This document shows, in pieces, positions 1 to 14,507 of a DNA stretch of 64,000 nt. The DNA comes from Octopus vulgaris (taxonomy: Eukaryota): contig OX597822.1 in the NCBI GenBank assembly GCA_951406725.2, positions 65,162,001 to 65,226,000 on the forward strand. Direction: 5' to 3'. The translations under genes and the position numbers were made by a program. Position 1 is the stretch's first letter; each line of letters starts with the position of its first letter. The notes below the pieces were generated by a model. It was given only the letters and a program-made list of their open reading frames with translations. It was not told where the DNA came from and did not search any database.

Positions 1-1382
1 ACTAGTATACGAAGTATTGTTTACGTTGTTTCCTAAATCACGTAAAACGATCATATGTAATGTTTTGTTGGTTTTAGCAGATGTGAGCAGGTACGTTGGT
101 GTTTTCATAGTCACAGCTCACTTAGTCTCTATTTACATACATCTGTCCGCCTATTGTATCTTCACTGATGATGCCTGTCTGTCAGTCTGTCAGTTTAGCT
201 GTCTGTCTGTCTTGATGGCTGTCTAGTTGGCTCTTTGGTTCTCGAAATGTGTATGTGTGTGCATTTGTACTTCTCCATGAATCTGTTTCCGTTCTTGTTA
301 TTTTTGTGGTTTTCCCCCGAGTGAAAATTCATGTCTTGGTCTACAATAAAAGACATCCAACATTTATCTCTTCACTTTATTTGTAGGGATATCTTGATGA
401 TCTGGAACAAAATTATTAATTATGATTTTCCAGAGCGGTCTAATTATCATTAAAGACTATCGAGCAGAGTGATTCACTGGGGTCACTACAAACACAACCG
501 CAGCATATATAGATTAGCCAAGGGGCCCTACACTTCTCTATGAAAGACAATTTATTATACATTTAACTGGCAAAGTATCGGCTGGGGAAACACAAAATTT
601 TAGAGTTTGCAAATATTCTTTTTAGCAATGTAACAATTCCCAAATCATCACAAATATGATCTTATACAGTTCGGAAATAAACTGAAATTAAAGTTAATAA
701 AATGAAATTGCGGCAATCATCTCGTAAATATCTCGTAGATACAACAAATATACTCCTTTGTACAAATACTTTTGAGTAGATGTATGGACAGGGCTGTTAT
801 ATTCAGTGTATAATATGATATAACTATTGAAATACATAAAACAAACACACATGCATTCACCCACATACCCATCGAGACACATGCACTAACATACCCTCCA
901 ACGCAGACACATATTCGCATGCATATTTGTGTGTGGTTGTGTGTGTGTGGGCTCAAACATGAAGCGTGATGAAAAAGTTCGCTTCACATCTACATGATCT
1001 CGACTTCAGGTCTACCTCTTCACACAGGGAGTGTCTTCTGCTTTATATCTGGGCTGTCTTATACCTTGTCAGTGAAACTGGTGAGTGAAAACTGCAGATG
1101 TGCAAGGCTAGTTTCCATTGGTGTATTAAGATCTCATGTTGCAATCTGTAACTCTTTCAATTGCAATTAACTGCCAGTTGATAGATTTTTCACTAATTGC
1201 TGAACGCTAAGCTCAGGAAGAATTATCCAAATAAAAAGAATTATTCTTGGGGCCCCTGAGATTCGTATGTAAGTGTTTGTATGTTTCTGTTCCTACGCTG
1301 ACGTCATTTGTTTATACTCTGAACCTTTGCTGCGCGACCAGTAGATTTCGCTAAAATAAGTATCATATTCGAATATAATTCG

Positions 1383-1556
1383 TTTCAAATTTTGGCACAT
1401 GGCTAACAATTTCAAGGGAGGGGTAATTCGTTTGCATCGAACCCGAATGATTTCTAGTTCATCGACCCCCAGTAATCAACTAGTACTTATTTTGTCGATA
1501 TCAAAAGGTTGAAAGGAAAAGTCGACCTCGGCAGAAACTGAGCTCTGAACGTGCTA
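1383..1556 (-). mobile_element. Diverged SINE family D copy (partial)
   Basis: Contains tttcaaattttggcaca...tacttattttgtcgat...gaaaggaaaagtcgacctcggcaga, matching better copies at 46886 and 61663. Confidence 0.7.
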
Positions 1557-1728
1557 ATGATTCTACAAGTTCGCTGTCTTGTTGTATTCTTAGGTCGATG
1601 TGATCTACTGAAGCTCTTTACGACACCGCTCCTGCATGGTCGCATTCCAATTCTTGACAGAAATGAAAGATTGTATGTGTTCAAACCGCACCGCTTGCTT
1701 CTACTTTTGGAATATACTTGTTAAGTTC

Positions 1729-1960
1729 TGGTTGGCATCCTTTCTGACTCGGGAGACAACGGAGTTGCGCATAAAGTAGTCTAGTCCGGCTTTTATATTT
1801 CATGTCCTGATACATTTCCTGCTGTGGCTGTGTAGTCCTATCCTGGACAAACACTCCCTCTGGCAGGTACCGCAAATGTAACGAAGACTGTTCCTGGCTG
1901 GTTGTAATGCCATAGTCTCTTGTTGACGTCTTTTCTTTTCTTTCCATTTCTCCTCTTTCT
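1729..1960 (-). mobile_element. RTE-clade LINE 3' fragment (C-terminal C2H2/C2HC motif plus 3' UTR)
   Basis: The minus-strand frame reads KWKEKKRRQQ...YICGTCQRECLSRIGLHSHSRKC*. The CxxCxRxCxSRIGLxSH motif is typical of RTE ORF ends. It is followed by the tail gtctcccgagtcagaaaggatgccaac. Confidence 0.75.
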
Positions 1961-2242
1961 CTCTGTCATCAACTATAATAAAACATACCAAAGATGAGAT
2001 TTTCTTTTGATAATTACAATCTATCTAGCTACGCATTATACAACATAACATTTAATTTTAAAATTTTAGGTTGTGAGTTGCGAGAGATTTACCGCCTATT
2101 TCTAGTATGTGGAATGAGTAAGTGAACTCACTTTCGTTGGCTTGGCGGAAAATTTTGGGAGATATTGGCAGATTAAACTAAACCTTTTATTGTATTTTGT
2201 CCCTGCATATACAACTCCCAAGAATAAGCACCGGATTATTAA

Positions 2243-2652
2243 CTCTTTTACGCTTTTACTTGTTTCAGTAATTTGACTGTGGCCATGCTGGAGCACCGCC
2301 TTTAGTCGAGCAAATCGACCCCAGGACTTATTCTTTGTAAGCCTAGTACTTATTCTATCGGTCACTTTTGCCGAACCGCTAAGTTACGGGGACGTAAGCA
2401 CACCATCATCGGTTGTCAAGCGATGTTGGGGGGTCAAACACAGACACACAAACGTATACACGCACACATATATATATGTATACATATATACGATGGGCTT
2501 CTTTTAGTTTCCGTCTACCGAATCCACTCATAAGGCTTTAGTCAGCCCGAGGCTCTAGTAGAAGACACTTGGCCAAGGTGCCACGCAGTTGGAATGAACC
2601 CAGAACCATGTGGTTCGTTAGCAAGCTACTCACCACACAGCAACTCCTGCGC
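2243..2652 (-). mobile_element. tRNA-derived SINE family A, full length
   Basis: Minus strand has a tRNA-like head with A-box and B-box-like motifs, a CORE-like caccttggccaagtgtc, an internal (TA/TG) microsatellite, and the tail ggcggtgctccagcatggcc...gactgaaac. More than 10 copies occur in the window. Confidence 0.9.
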
Positions 2653-3150
2653 AATATTTTTTTTTTTTACATTTGTTTAGTTTTTCACAATTTGTTTTAT
2701 TTGCTGGGAAGCAGCAGTGATTGCCTTCCCTAGTCATCTTAATTGTACGTTGGACTAGTGATAACGTGACTGACAGATTCTGTTCTACAGATAAACCTGT
2801 GAAAGAAATTCAATCCACACACATTTACAGACACACATACATTCCCATATACTCACACACATACCCCCATACATACACATAAGCTTACACAAGTATATAC
2901 GTAGACATTCAAGGAGCAAACATGCATTGACGCAGGGAGGCGCGCCCACACACGTACATACACATTCGTAACATTTGAAAACACGTTCTTCTGTTGCCAG
3001 TAAATTGTGATTGAACGTTACGTTTTCTTTTCTCTATGCACTTCTACTTATATACGCGAAAAATGTTGTGGTCATTCATATATGTGCGTGTGAATGAGTG
3101 TGTGTGTGTACATGTATAGATACACTCGTATATATATATATATATATATA

Positions 3151-3298
3151 TACCGGAGTAAACACATAAATGTGAAACAAGGTGGAAAAAAGAGTACTCA
3201 AATACCAGTGGTAGAGTAATATGCTTTATTTTAAGCAGCAGTGAGTTTCTCGTTACAGTAGATTTTGTTATTTTTCTGCTGCTTAAAATAAAGTATAT
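3151..3298. mobile_element. Short inverted-repeat insert in (TA)n, probable Penelope-like remnant
   Basis: 23-bp arms at 3219-3241 and 3276-3298 (1 mismatch) contain aataaa and are embedded in a TA microsatellite. Confidence 0.45.
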
Positions 3299-3356
3299 AT
3301 ATATATATATATATATATATGATATGTGTGTATATATATCTGAAAATATGTATATA

Positions 3357-3421
<65 letters not shown>

Positions 3422-3501
3422 CTATTGAGTTACTAATGGCGTAGGCCGACAATGGCTGAAACCAATCTAAGTCATCTAAGTTATATATATATATAAAATA
3501 T

Positions 3502-3585
<84 letters not shown>

Positions 3586-3587
<2 letters not shown>

Positions 3588-3780
3588 TACTGTCCCGGAT
3601 GAACCAACTTCACGGCAGGAGGTGCAGATGAGGGCAGCTGCATCGAACTATCTCATGCATCAGATGGCGTTTGCTAAAAAGCATCCGTGAGGTAAAATCG
3701 TGTAGAAAACCAAATGGCGGTGCCCCAGCATGGCCACAGCTCAGTAGCTGAAACTGGAAAAATCAAAAATCAAAATCAAA

Positions 3781-3781
<1 letters not shown>
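3586..3781 (+). mobile_element. CR1-group (Zenon-like) LINE 3' end
   Basis: Reads [33 protein letters not shown] (stop 3688-3690). The 3' UTR is ggcggtgccccagcatggccacagctcagtagctgaaac followed by an (aaaatc)n tail. Homologous to 37657-37880. Confidence 0.75.
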
Positions 3782-3817
<36 letters not shown>

Positions 3818-3891
3818 CATATATATATATAATTACATATATATATATATAAAGATATATATATATTTATATACATATTTATATAAGGTAA

Positions 3892-3963
<72 letters not shown>

Positions 3964-4605
3964 TGAGAGAAAGAGATGTATTGACAGATATATCCTTACG
4001 TATACTTTAGATAGACATAGAGAGGGAGAGGGCGCCTAAGACACGCACCTTCACGTATATCTATGTATGTGTGTATGTATGAATGTATGTATGTATGTAT
4101 GAATGTATGTAATGATGTATGTATGTATGTATGTATGTATGTATGTATGTACATGTTCGTGTACGCATATGTGTGCGTGTATTAATCACGCGCATGCCTG
4201 TGTGAGCGAACGAATGAATGTTATTATATATATATCGTATACGTTCGTTCCTACTTTCTTTTGTAATTCTTCTTACCCATTATTAATCATAAAGAGAGCT
4301 TTCAGAATTTACCTATTCCTTTTTCACTTCGCACCTGAGAAATGTCTGATGTCGCAAACGTACCATTTCCTTATTTTCACAACATCTGCTAACCTACTCT
4401 CTTCCAGTTATCATTCTGGCTTCTGTTTCATGCCCTCCCATCCCCCCCCCCCATATCACCAGAAACCGCACCTTACTATTGCAAAAACAGTTTAGATTTG
4501 TTTTCTTCAATAACATAGAACTTCCCTTCGCTCTAATAGCGTAATACATATAACATTTTAGTTGACTTTGTGACTTGGTGCGTGTGTATATATATATATG
4601 CATAG

Positions 4606-4667
<62 letters not shown>

Positions 4668-4875
4668 TTATATGTCTCTATATATACGCACAGAAATGCA
4701 TACATATATGCGTACATATATACATGCATATATTTATACACAGATACACACATATGTATGTATTTATCTGTGGATAGGAGGAAGAGGTGCTGAAAGTGTA
4801 CAGCGAAATATATTAATAATGATCGAAGAATAAGTCAGAGGATGGAAGTATCTTTTCTTTCTTTCTTTCTTTCTC

Positions 4876-4995
<120 letters not shown>

Positions 4996-5126
4996 CATAT
5001 ATATATATATATATTATATTATATTATACTTAATATGTGTAATATATATGTGTGTGTGCGTATGTATTAGATTACCTAGATAGCTAGATAAATAGATAGC
5101 TAAATAGATAGACAGACAGATAGATG

Positions 5127-5232
<106 letters not shown>

Positions 5233-5656
5233 AAAATCTGGATTTTCCAAAGGGAAGGCAGAATGCTTTTTATCTTGTTTTCTTTTCGTATGTTCGTCTA
5301 CATCTGCAGAATCAATCCTTGTGTCTACGGTGTCTGTCTGTCTGTTTGTCTCGTACTGTGTGGGTGTGGGGCCTGAGTTGGGGGAGTATAAGACATGGAT
5401 TCAGAGAATCGTGTGACTACCAAAGAAAGCTCCCAATGCGGGATCGGCTAACAGTGCACATGGTAATCTAATCCAGAAAAGCGCAATGTAGAAATGTCCT
5501 TGCAGTTGGCATCTAGAAGATCCGATCAATGAAATTATCTCATGAGAATTATATCAGCTATTAAATCAGTAGATATGAAAGGTGAATATATATCTATTAA
5601 CCATGTGTAATCTCTCTTTCTCTCTCTCTCCCTCCCTCTCCATTTATATGCATATG

Positions 5657-5815
5657 ACGGCTTCCCACACAATTTCCATGTACCAAATTCACACAATATA
5701 TTATTAGTTGGTGGCGCGTGGCTTTTATAGAAGACTCTTGCTCAACTTGTCTCACAGTGGAACTGAATCACAAACTACATGAATGCCAAATAAGTTTCTT
5801 AACCACACAGCCATG
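5657..5815 (-). mobile_element. Old diverged SINE A-related 5' half
   Basis: Degenerate match: tatagaagactcttgctcaa...cagtggaactgaatc...aaccacacagccat. Confidence 0.6.
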
Positions 5816-6013
5816 GCCGCGATCTACGTAGAGATCTCTATACGCTTAAGAAGAATGACATATTTTAATAAATTGTTGACAGTGACTGGTGTACAATCAT
5901 TCCACTGTATTGGAAGAATTATAAGCAATAAAATGAATGCGGCGAAGTCTTCCAATACGAACCAGCCTTTGTGTCAGTCATTCAAGGAAAATTAGGGAAA
6001 AGTATGTTAGTAG

Positions 6014-6325
6014 TGGAGGCGCAATAGTCCAGTGGTTAGGGCATTGGACTCGCGGTCGGAGGATCGCGGTTTCGATTCCCAGACCGGGCGTTGTGTGTGT
6101 TTATTGAGCGAAAGCACCTAAAGCTCCACGAGGCTCCGGCACGGGGTGGTGGCGACCCCTGTTGTACTCTTTCGCCCCAACTTTCTTTCACGCTTTCTTC
6201 CTGTTTCTTGAGTAACGCTGCGATGGACTGCCGTCCCGTTCAGCTGGTGGGGAATACATACGCCACAGAAACCGGGAAACCGGGCCCATGAGCCTGGCTA
6301 GGCTTGAAAAGGGCACATAAAAAAA
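6014..6325 (+). mobile_element. tRNA-derived SINE family B
   Basis: Head ggaggcgcaatagtccagtggttagggc...ggtttcgattccc (A/B boxes), central gctgcgatggactgccgtcccg (resembles the V-SINE domain), and A-rich tail. The head is shared with 26409-26716. Confidence 0.85.
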
Positions 6326-7390
6326 TTAAATAACTGTAAGTAGTAGGTGTTGCGTGTATATAGAGGTGTCCTTTATAAATTAGAAAATTATGCAGAAGTT
6401 TTATTCATTGATTTATGGTTTTTATACATTGTTTTTGATTTTAGCGTGTTTGAATTGTACTTTTATATTCTATGATGTGAAGTCACTTTCCTATTATGGT
6501 ATGGAAATGTTTTTGGTACATAATTTAGGTGTAGATTTTCCTGAAATGGATACATTCCTGCCAATCTGTGAAATCGGCAGATGGCAGTTTTTGCAGAAAA
6601 CACCATGATGTAACCGCGAAACGAGATTATGAAAACACCGAAAAACCCCATAATGCCCTTGCAGAAACATGATATAACAGTTTCCTGCCGATAGCGTGTA
6701 CTTGTAATTATGTCCAAATCATTAATTAAGATATACTTGCCTTATATGGATTTACGGAAGGTAATATATACTTTTGATGTTCTTGCTGGTTTGAGAGACC
6801 CGTTGTCTTACTTCCGCTCAATGATCGTATGTCCAGTACTTAAGTTGTCTCCTTACGTCTGCTATAGTACGAAAGATGGTAAGCAGAATAGTCATCATTA
6901 CTTCAGTAATGAAAAAGACACCTAGTTGTCGTTGAGAAAGGTGAACGAAGCCAATTCAAATCCCAGAAAACCACGGTTGGTAAGTTATGTCATTAAATAG
7001 TAATGTCATTGTATATGTTCACGTTGTCAAGGGGAGGTAATTCAAAAGGAATCAAGAACGTTTGAAACGATCGTCAGCAACAATGCAAATAGGAAATACT
7101 CAGTGTCGAAGTAAATCCTAGAACAGTTTTCAAGTGGTACGTAAAAACTCATTGTTTGACAGCAGGTACCAAGGGCGTTGTTTTTTGACGCTACTCCTCA
7201 GAGACGAACTTTTTGACAGATTTAGAAAAGAATTTTGGAAAATATAACTGAGAATTACGGTTGTTGAAAAACCAGGCAAATTAGTAATAAGTAGAACGTA
7301 CCCGTTCAAGGAAACTCAGCATGTTGGGAGCTTTGTGTTACAAAATGTTGCCGGTATAGAAATTCCCCTAAGGCTTTTCAGAGTAAGCGG

Positions 7391-7731
7391 TGGAGATCCC
7401 CTTCGGTTATAACTGACCATGGGATTGCGCCTAGAAAGTTACCCTCCCAGGCTCAAGTCCGGGCAAGGTAGTTTATGGAAGACCAGCAGTCGCCCATGCA
7501 TACCGGCCTCCCCTCTCCACGCCATCAGTGTTATCCAAGGGAAAGGCAAAAGGGCCGATACAGCTTGGCACTAATGACGTCATAACTCATTTCTACAGCT
7601 GAGTGAACTGAAGCAACGTGAAATAAGGTGGTGTCTTGCTCAAGAACACAGCACGCAGCCGGTCCGAGATTCGAACTCACAACCTCACGATTGTAAGCTC
7701 ATCGCTGTAACCAATGAGCCATGCGCCTTCA
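7391..7731 (-). mobile_element. tRNA-derived SINE family C with 12-bp TSD
   Basis: Minus strand reads gaaggcgcatggctcattggtta...gagttcgaatctc. It is flanked by the exact direct repeat cagagtaagcgg at 7379-7390 and 7732-7743. Confidence 0.9.
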
Positions 7732-8095
7732 CAGAGTAAGCGGACAGGCCACATGTTTAGATTACCTTGCGACACATACAAGAAAATAGCATCTGATCAA
7801 GTGACTAACGAGGTTAGCGTCTGCCTTCTCGATGAGCTTGCTACAAACAGCTACTAAAATTCCTGCGTACCACTCCTAAATTAAAAGGAGAGACGTTGGT
7901 TAATGTAGTATTAATGGATATTTAAAACTGAGGTCATGGCTGGAAAACATCTGAAAATGGATCTACTTTAATTAATGTCGACCTGGTGTGTAATGCTACT
8001 CAACAACAACAACAGCAACGAAATCGACAACAAAAACGTCGAGGTTTGTTAATTCATAAAATATAAGATTTCAGACTTTATATACTTACATAATT

Positions 8096-8175
<80 letters not shown>

Positions 8176-8212
8176 ACTTGCACACACATTAATACACTCA
8201 CACAATTATATA

Positions 8213-8617
8213 CTCTTTTTACTCTTTTACTTGTTTCAGTCATTTGACTGCGGCCATGCTGGAGCACCACCCATAGTCGAGGAAATCGAGCCCAAGACTT
8301 ATTCTTTGTAACCCTAGTACTTATTCTATCGGTTTCTCATTGGCGAACTGCTATGTTACGGGGACATAAACACACCAGCATCGGTTGTCAAGCGATATTA
8401 GGGGGACAAACACAGACACACAAACACACACACATATATACATATATATATATACGACGGGCTTCTTTCAGTTCCATCTACCAAATCTACTCACAAGGCT
8501 TTGGTCGGCCTGAGGCTATAGTAGAAGACACTTGCCCAAGGTGCCACGCAGTGGGACTGAATCCGTAACCATGTGGTTGGTAAGCAAACTACGTACCACA
8601 CAGCCACTCCTGCGTCT
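8213..8617 (-). mobile_element. SINE family A, full length
   Basis: Closely similar to 2243-2652 along its whole length. Confidence 0.9.
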
Positions 8618-8664
<47 letters not shown>

Positions 8665-8731
8665 ATTATATTATATTAATATATTGATAAATTATATATA
8701 TATATATAGAGAGAGAGAGAGATAGATAGAT

Positions 8732-8881
<150 letters not shown>

Positions 8882-9321
8882 AAATGTATATTTGTGTGTG
8901 TGTGTGTTTATAGACACACATACACATATATTTATACGTTTATTTCAATATGTATATATCTATTTAAGTGTATAGGTGGGTATGCGTAATGACATTTTTG
9001 TTTTGAATTACAAATAACCAACAAAGCTTCAGGGTAGAATTCTCTACACGATAAAGAGTATAACAAAATTATTGCTGACAGAAAATAATTTCTACCATTC
9101 TGTTTCTTCAAGAACGAGTACAACTTTGTTTAAACTTATTGCCTGAAAATCGATAATCGCCTCCCGATTCTTTATAAAAACCAGTCTTTTTAAATGTAGT
9201 TTGTACTTTGAAGAAATCGAACGACTGAAACTCAAGTGAAATAACATTCGGTTACACTGTGCTGCTTTCTTACTCACCCTTTTATATACATGCATGTTTC
9301 ATAGATCTGTGAACGTGTGTG

Positions 9322-9374
<53 letters not shown>

Positions 9375-9471
9375 TTTATGTTTGTATGTAAATCTGCTGA
9401 CATACACACACGTTTATATAAACATACAGTAATATAAATATGTAATCTTTTCTAGTCAACAATTTATCTAC

Positions 9472-9666
<195 letters not shown>

Positions 9667-10264
9667 ATAGACAGAAACTTACACGTGTAGAATCTAAGAA
9701 ATTCACTCATGTCATTGATCTGAAGAAACGAAACACTTGTCAACTTTACAGAAGGCATAAGCTGCAAGGGGAAAATCATCCCCTTCTTTATTTAGATCGC
9801 TACACTATCGCAAAATTATCAAAGTGTGAGCATGTTTATTTGATCTCTTAGACTTATAAACATGAAGAGAACATATCATAACCGAACACCATTCTATCAG
9901 CGTTAAAACTATAAGGCGTTAGGAAACGTTAGATTTATCATTGAGATAATTCATGGTTGGAAAACCAATGCGAATTTTTAAATCAATGCTGTTTAAAGAT
10001 GTTCATGTTCGTAAGATCTGTAATCTTTTGTCATATTTTTACATGAATTCACAGTACATATTTCTGTAGTGTTTGAAAAGCGAGCACTAAAATGATATAC
10101 TAAGAATTGAGTATCTACAAATGTCTAATCATTCATTGTAAGTTAAGTTTCGTTGTTGGTCGAGACAAATGGAACGCATATAAGACGTTAATTGTTTATT
10201 TGTGTTCAGATGAAATATGAACATTTCCATCGTCTCTATATACACGCGTGTGGAATATGTTTGT

Positions 10265-10682
10265 TATTTTTTTTATTGCCCACAAGGGGCTAAACACAGA
10301 GGGGACAAACAAGGACAAATAAAGGGATTAAGTTGATTATATTGACCCAAGTGCGTAGCTGGTACTAAATTTATCGATCCCGAAAGGATGAAAGGCAAAG
10401 TCGACCTCGGCGGAATTTGAACTCAGAACGTAGCGACAGACGAAATACCTATTTCTTTACTACCCACTAGGGGCTAAACACAGAAGGGACAAACAAGGAC
10501 AGACAAAGGGATTAAGTCGATTATATCGACCCCAGTTCGTAATTGATACTTATTTAATCGACCCCGAAAGGATGAAAGGCAAAGTCGACCTCGGCGGAAT
10601 TTGAACTCAGAACTTAGCAGCAGACGAAATACGGCTAAGCATTTCGTCCGGCGTGCTAACGTTTCTGCCAGCTCGTCGCCTT
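10265..10682 (-). mobile_element. SINE family D, dimeric (two tandem core units)
   Basis: Minus-strand head ggcgacgagctggcagaaacgttagcacg, B-box-like gagttcaaattcc, and the core gtcgactttgcctttcatcctttcggggtcga present twice. Confidence 0.85.
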
Positions 10683-10989
10683 AGGATACGTAGGATAATG
10701 TAGGATAAGTTATAATAGACGGTCACCGTTGGAATAACATTCGAGCGATGAAGACCAACCCAGGGCTAAAGAACAACATCCTACAGAATATCAAAAATAC
10801 GATATTTAAGACTGCGACAACGACGATCACGACGATCCCCACGACCACCACCGCCTATCTTCCCGTCCCCCATTATCAAATATGCAGTGTCACAACCGGA
10901 AATGACACGTTCGCTAATTCCCCAGTAAATGACACCACCCAATCCAATTATTCTCCATGCTGTTTATTGTGGTGACGGTTTGAGTGTTG

Positions 10990-12440
10990 ATGAATGGCAA
11001 TGGTGGTGTGGGTAGTGATGGTGGTAGTGGTGATGGTGGTGGTGGTGATGGTGGTGGTGATAGTGGTGGTGATTGAGGTGGTGTCGGTGGTGGGGATGGC
11101 GGTGATAGAGATAGTGCTGTGGTAGTGGTGGTGGTGGCAATGATAGAGGTGGTACTGATGGTGGTGGTAGTGGTGTGGTAATGGTGGTAGTGGTGGTGGT
11201 AGTGGTAATAGTGGTGGTGATTGAGGTGGTATTGGTGGTGGGGATGGCAGTGATAGAGATGGTGCTGTGGTAGTGGTGGTGGTGGCAATGATAGAGGTGG
11301 TAGTGATGGTGGTGGTAGTGGTGGTGGTAATGGTGGTAGTGTTGGTGGTGATGGCAGTGTTACTGAGAGGGTGATATGGTGTTGATGGCATTAGAGTGGT
11401 GACAGTTGTGGTGCGGGCTGTAGTGTAAAGGTGCTAGAGTGGTAACATGTTGGTGTTGTGGTTGTTGTTGCTTGTGGTAGTTGACGGAATGTGGTGTTAA
11501 AAGGGTGATTAATCAGTTGTGGGGGTGGGTGGCAGTGGTGATGATGGTGGTGGTGATAGTGGTGGTAAACATGATGGAGATGATGGTGGTGGTGGTGCTA
11601 GTTGCGTGTGAGGTGGCCACGGTGGTGATGCTGACGATTGCGGTGTATAATAGAATGTCAGTGGAAGCTGTGAGGTGAAGTGATGGCAACGGTGAAAGTA
11701 TTTGTAGTGGAGGGGTTGTAGTGTCAGCGGTGATGTTAATGGTGATGGTGGTGATGGTTGTGGGGTTGGTGATTGTGATGATGACGAGGATGATGATGAT
11801 GGTGGTGATGGTGATGGTGATGATGATAGTGGTAGTAGTGATGATGATGATGATGATGATGAGAATGATGGTGATGGTGATGATGACGGTGATGACGATG
11901 GTAATGGTGATGATGATGAAGATGATGATGATTATGATTATGATAATGGTGATGATGATGATGATGATGATGGTGGTGATGACGAAGATGACACCGATGG
12001 TATATAATAAAACGTAGCAGCATCGGTGGCGGTGGCGATGGAGGTGGCGGTCAGAGTTACAATATTGGCAAATGTGATGGGCTTGATGATAAGGGCAAGG
12101 TTGCTGGTACTAATAGATGTAGCGAACGGTATTGGCATTAGTCGTGGTGTGGTGTCATATTAGAATGGTAATTAGAATTATATTAGAATGTTTTGCAATT
12201 GTCGTAGTTGGAGTGATGGAGTAGTGGTGCTGTCGTTGTTGTTGTTGCCTGTGGTAGTGGTTGTGGTGGTGGTGGTTGTGGGGTTGCGATAAGGGAAAGC
12301 TGTAAGGATGAAACTGGTTGGTTGTTGTAACAGGCACGGAGGTAATGGTGGTGGTAACGCTGTCATGTTAAGATAGTAATTGTTTTTCAATAGTCATACA
12401 TGATAGTAATGATAATAGTAATGATGATAGCGGACACAGA
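10990..12440. repeat. Low-complexity (GGT/GAT)n region with a 148-bp-period duplication
   Basis: The unit gattgaggtggt...gatagagat...gcaatgatagaggtggta recurs at 11071 and 11219. Confidence 0.85.
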
Positions 12441-13703
12441 ATAAATGGTATTAATGGTGCTTTTCTGCGCAGTTTTCTTTGTGGTAGGTGAGGGGTTGGG
12501 AATAGTATTCGATGGTGTTTGTGGTATGTGAGAAGGCGGATGTCTAACATTTTTATTTGAAATATTTCCTTCTACCCAGAGTTTAATGTGATGTTACTAT
12601 TGTACGTTTTAAAAAACATTGAACGGAATAATATTATCATAATATAACACATATGCTTCTCTAAAAATAAAAAAAAATTAAAAAAAGAGAAGGAATGGGG
12701 TTAAATATTCATAAAGTTCCTAGGATTGGAGGTCGGGAACACCATATCAATTAAGATTTTTAAGAGGTTCCGTCTCAACCATTAATTTATTCATTCGTGC
12801 ATTTTAGAAATTCAATCAACACATAGAGAAGGAAAAGAGACACGCGGTTAGAGCGAGAGAAGGGGAAGGCGAAGAGAAAAGAGAAGAAAAAGGAAAGAGT
12901 GAAGAGAGGGAAACAGAGAGGGTAGAGTGGGGAGAGAGAGAGAGAGAGAGAGGGGGCAGTATTGATGGGGCGGAAGCGTTGTATTTATTGGAGAGAAAAG
13001 AGACTGTTGATTGAAACTAATTTGAACATGATCTTTTCATCACACGTTTTTGTGCTCGATGACTGCCTCTTAGAGACGGCTGGCTTGTGTTAGCAAGATG
13101 TTATTGGGGCTTATGCCGCTACTCCCAAGACGTTGGAAAATTTGCATGATGCGTTTCTCCTATTGTATAGGACAATAACGTTTACCACTGGTTAGCAATG
13201 TATTTCGGTTTGGTTCCGGATAGGCATTATTCCCAATAATATGGAAACAAATCATAAACCAAAGGTCTAGAGTTATCATGTAAAGAGAATTAGGCGTTAT
13301 ATCCATTTAGCAGTAAATGAGCACAATATTAAACTGCATCCGATGATGAGGACACAACTCTGGAATTCAGGACTTATATGGAGTAAAGAGTAGTCTCTTA
13401 GTTACCACTACTACCAGAGCCGTTCTATCTGAGAAGGTAGTATCTGTCAAGGGCCACATTTATGAGACAAATAGCAGATGGTCCCGTGTCTAAGGCATAT
13501 AGGACTCGGAGAGGATAGGCACCTAGATATGCGTTACATAGATCCATATGCCCTCCTATAGGCGCATGCCCAGATGTCATGTGAACCAGTTCCCCTATCT
13601 AATAACAAAAATACTCTGTGTCTCAGAAGTAAGCTTGAAATTGCGGGAAGAGACTAGTAAATTGTAAAAAGCAACGGGAAAACACACACACACACACACA
13701 CAA

Positions 13704-13775
<72 letters not shown>

Positions 13776-13779
<4 letters not shown>

Positions 13780-13950
13780 TACAAGATGGGACAAGAACGC
13801 AAAACATCCAGAAAGTTAGGTGATACAAAAAAGGGACAACAAAACATCCGGATATACGATGCAAAGAAAACAAGGACGGGTCATTGGGAGTTTTCTTTCT
13901 TCAGTCGAGTTCCAGATTATCTTTGGAATTTCGACTGAGGAAAACCCGGA
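13776..13950. mobile_element. Probable Penelope-like remnant with terminal hairpin, adjacent to (TA)n
   Basis: Imperfect inverted repeat cttcagtcgagttccaga / ttggaatttcgactgagg at about 13898-13941. Confidence 0.35.
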
Positions 13951-13974
13951 CTAAAAATGCCCATTGTACCTTGT

Positions 13975-14132
13975 ATTAGAAGTGCTGAAATTTTGAGTCG
14001 ACTGGTGCTTATTTTATCGACCCTGAAAAGATAAAAAGCAAAGTCGACCCCAGCGGCATTTGAACCCAGAAAGTAAAGACGGATGAAGACATGTTATCCG
14101 GCGTGTTAACGACCCTGCCAGCTCGCAGTCTT
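13975..14132 (-). mobile_element. SINE family D, diverged
   Basis: cttattttatcgaccctgaaaagat...gcaaagtcgacc...ttgaacccagaa...ctgccagctcgc. Confidence 0.75.
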
Positions 14133-14286
14133 AATATGCAATTATATATTAAATGAATGAAGTTTATATTTTCTAACTAAGTTTCCGTTGAATAGGAGCT
14201 TCAAACGAGTGTAAAATCCGATGAATTACTGCGACAAGTGAATTGGCTCTTTAATGAAATGCTGGTATGGATGTGAACTCCATCTT

Positions 14287-14507
14287 TACGAAACGGTACT
14301 GAAAAGTTCCTAGTTTTGGGTAAAAGAAAGTATAGGAGGATCGGTTATTTATAATTCTATTCAATATATTCCCCTCTCAGATACAAACACTTATTGCAGT
14401 GGTTCTTCAGTTTTTCTAAGCCCTGTAAAAGCACTCGGAACTTTGGACCTCCAATCATGTCTTTCACGAAACTCTTAAAACCGGGAATTTTTGAGCACCC
14501 CCTTGTA
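14287..14507 (-). mobile_element. Mariner-derived MITE
   Basis: TA-flanked imperfect TIRs (tacgaaacggtactgaaaagttcctag / ccgggaatttttgagcacccccttgta). The minus strand encodes GLEKLKNHCNKCLYLRGEYIE*, the typical mariner transposase C-terminus. Confidence 0.8.

Noticed and set aside
6014-6090. tRNA-like sequences here and at about 7655-7731, 26640-26716 and 55185-55259
   Set aside because: These are SINE heads: A/B boxes continue into repeat bodies, some with TSDs, and no closed acceptor stem is evident.
10914-12390. Poly-His, poly-Thr, poly-Pro and poly-Met ORFs
   Set aside because: Several overlapping frames on both strands are open because of GGT/GAT repeats; there is no domain or splice evidence.
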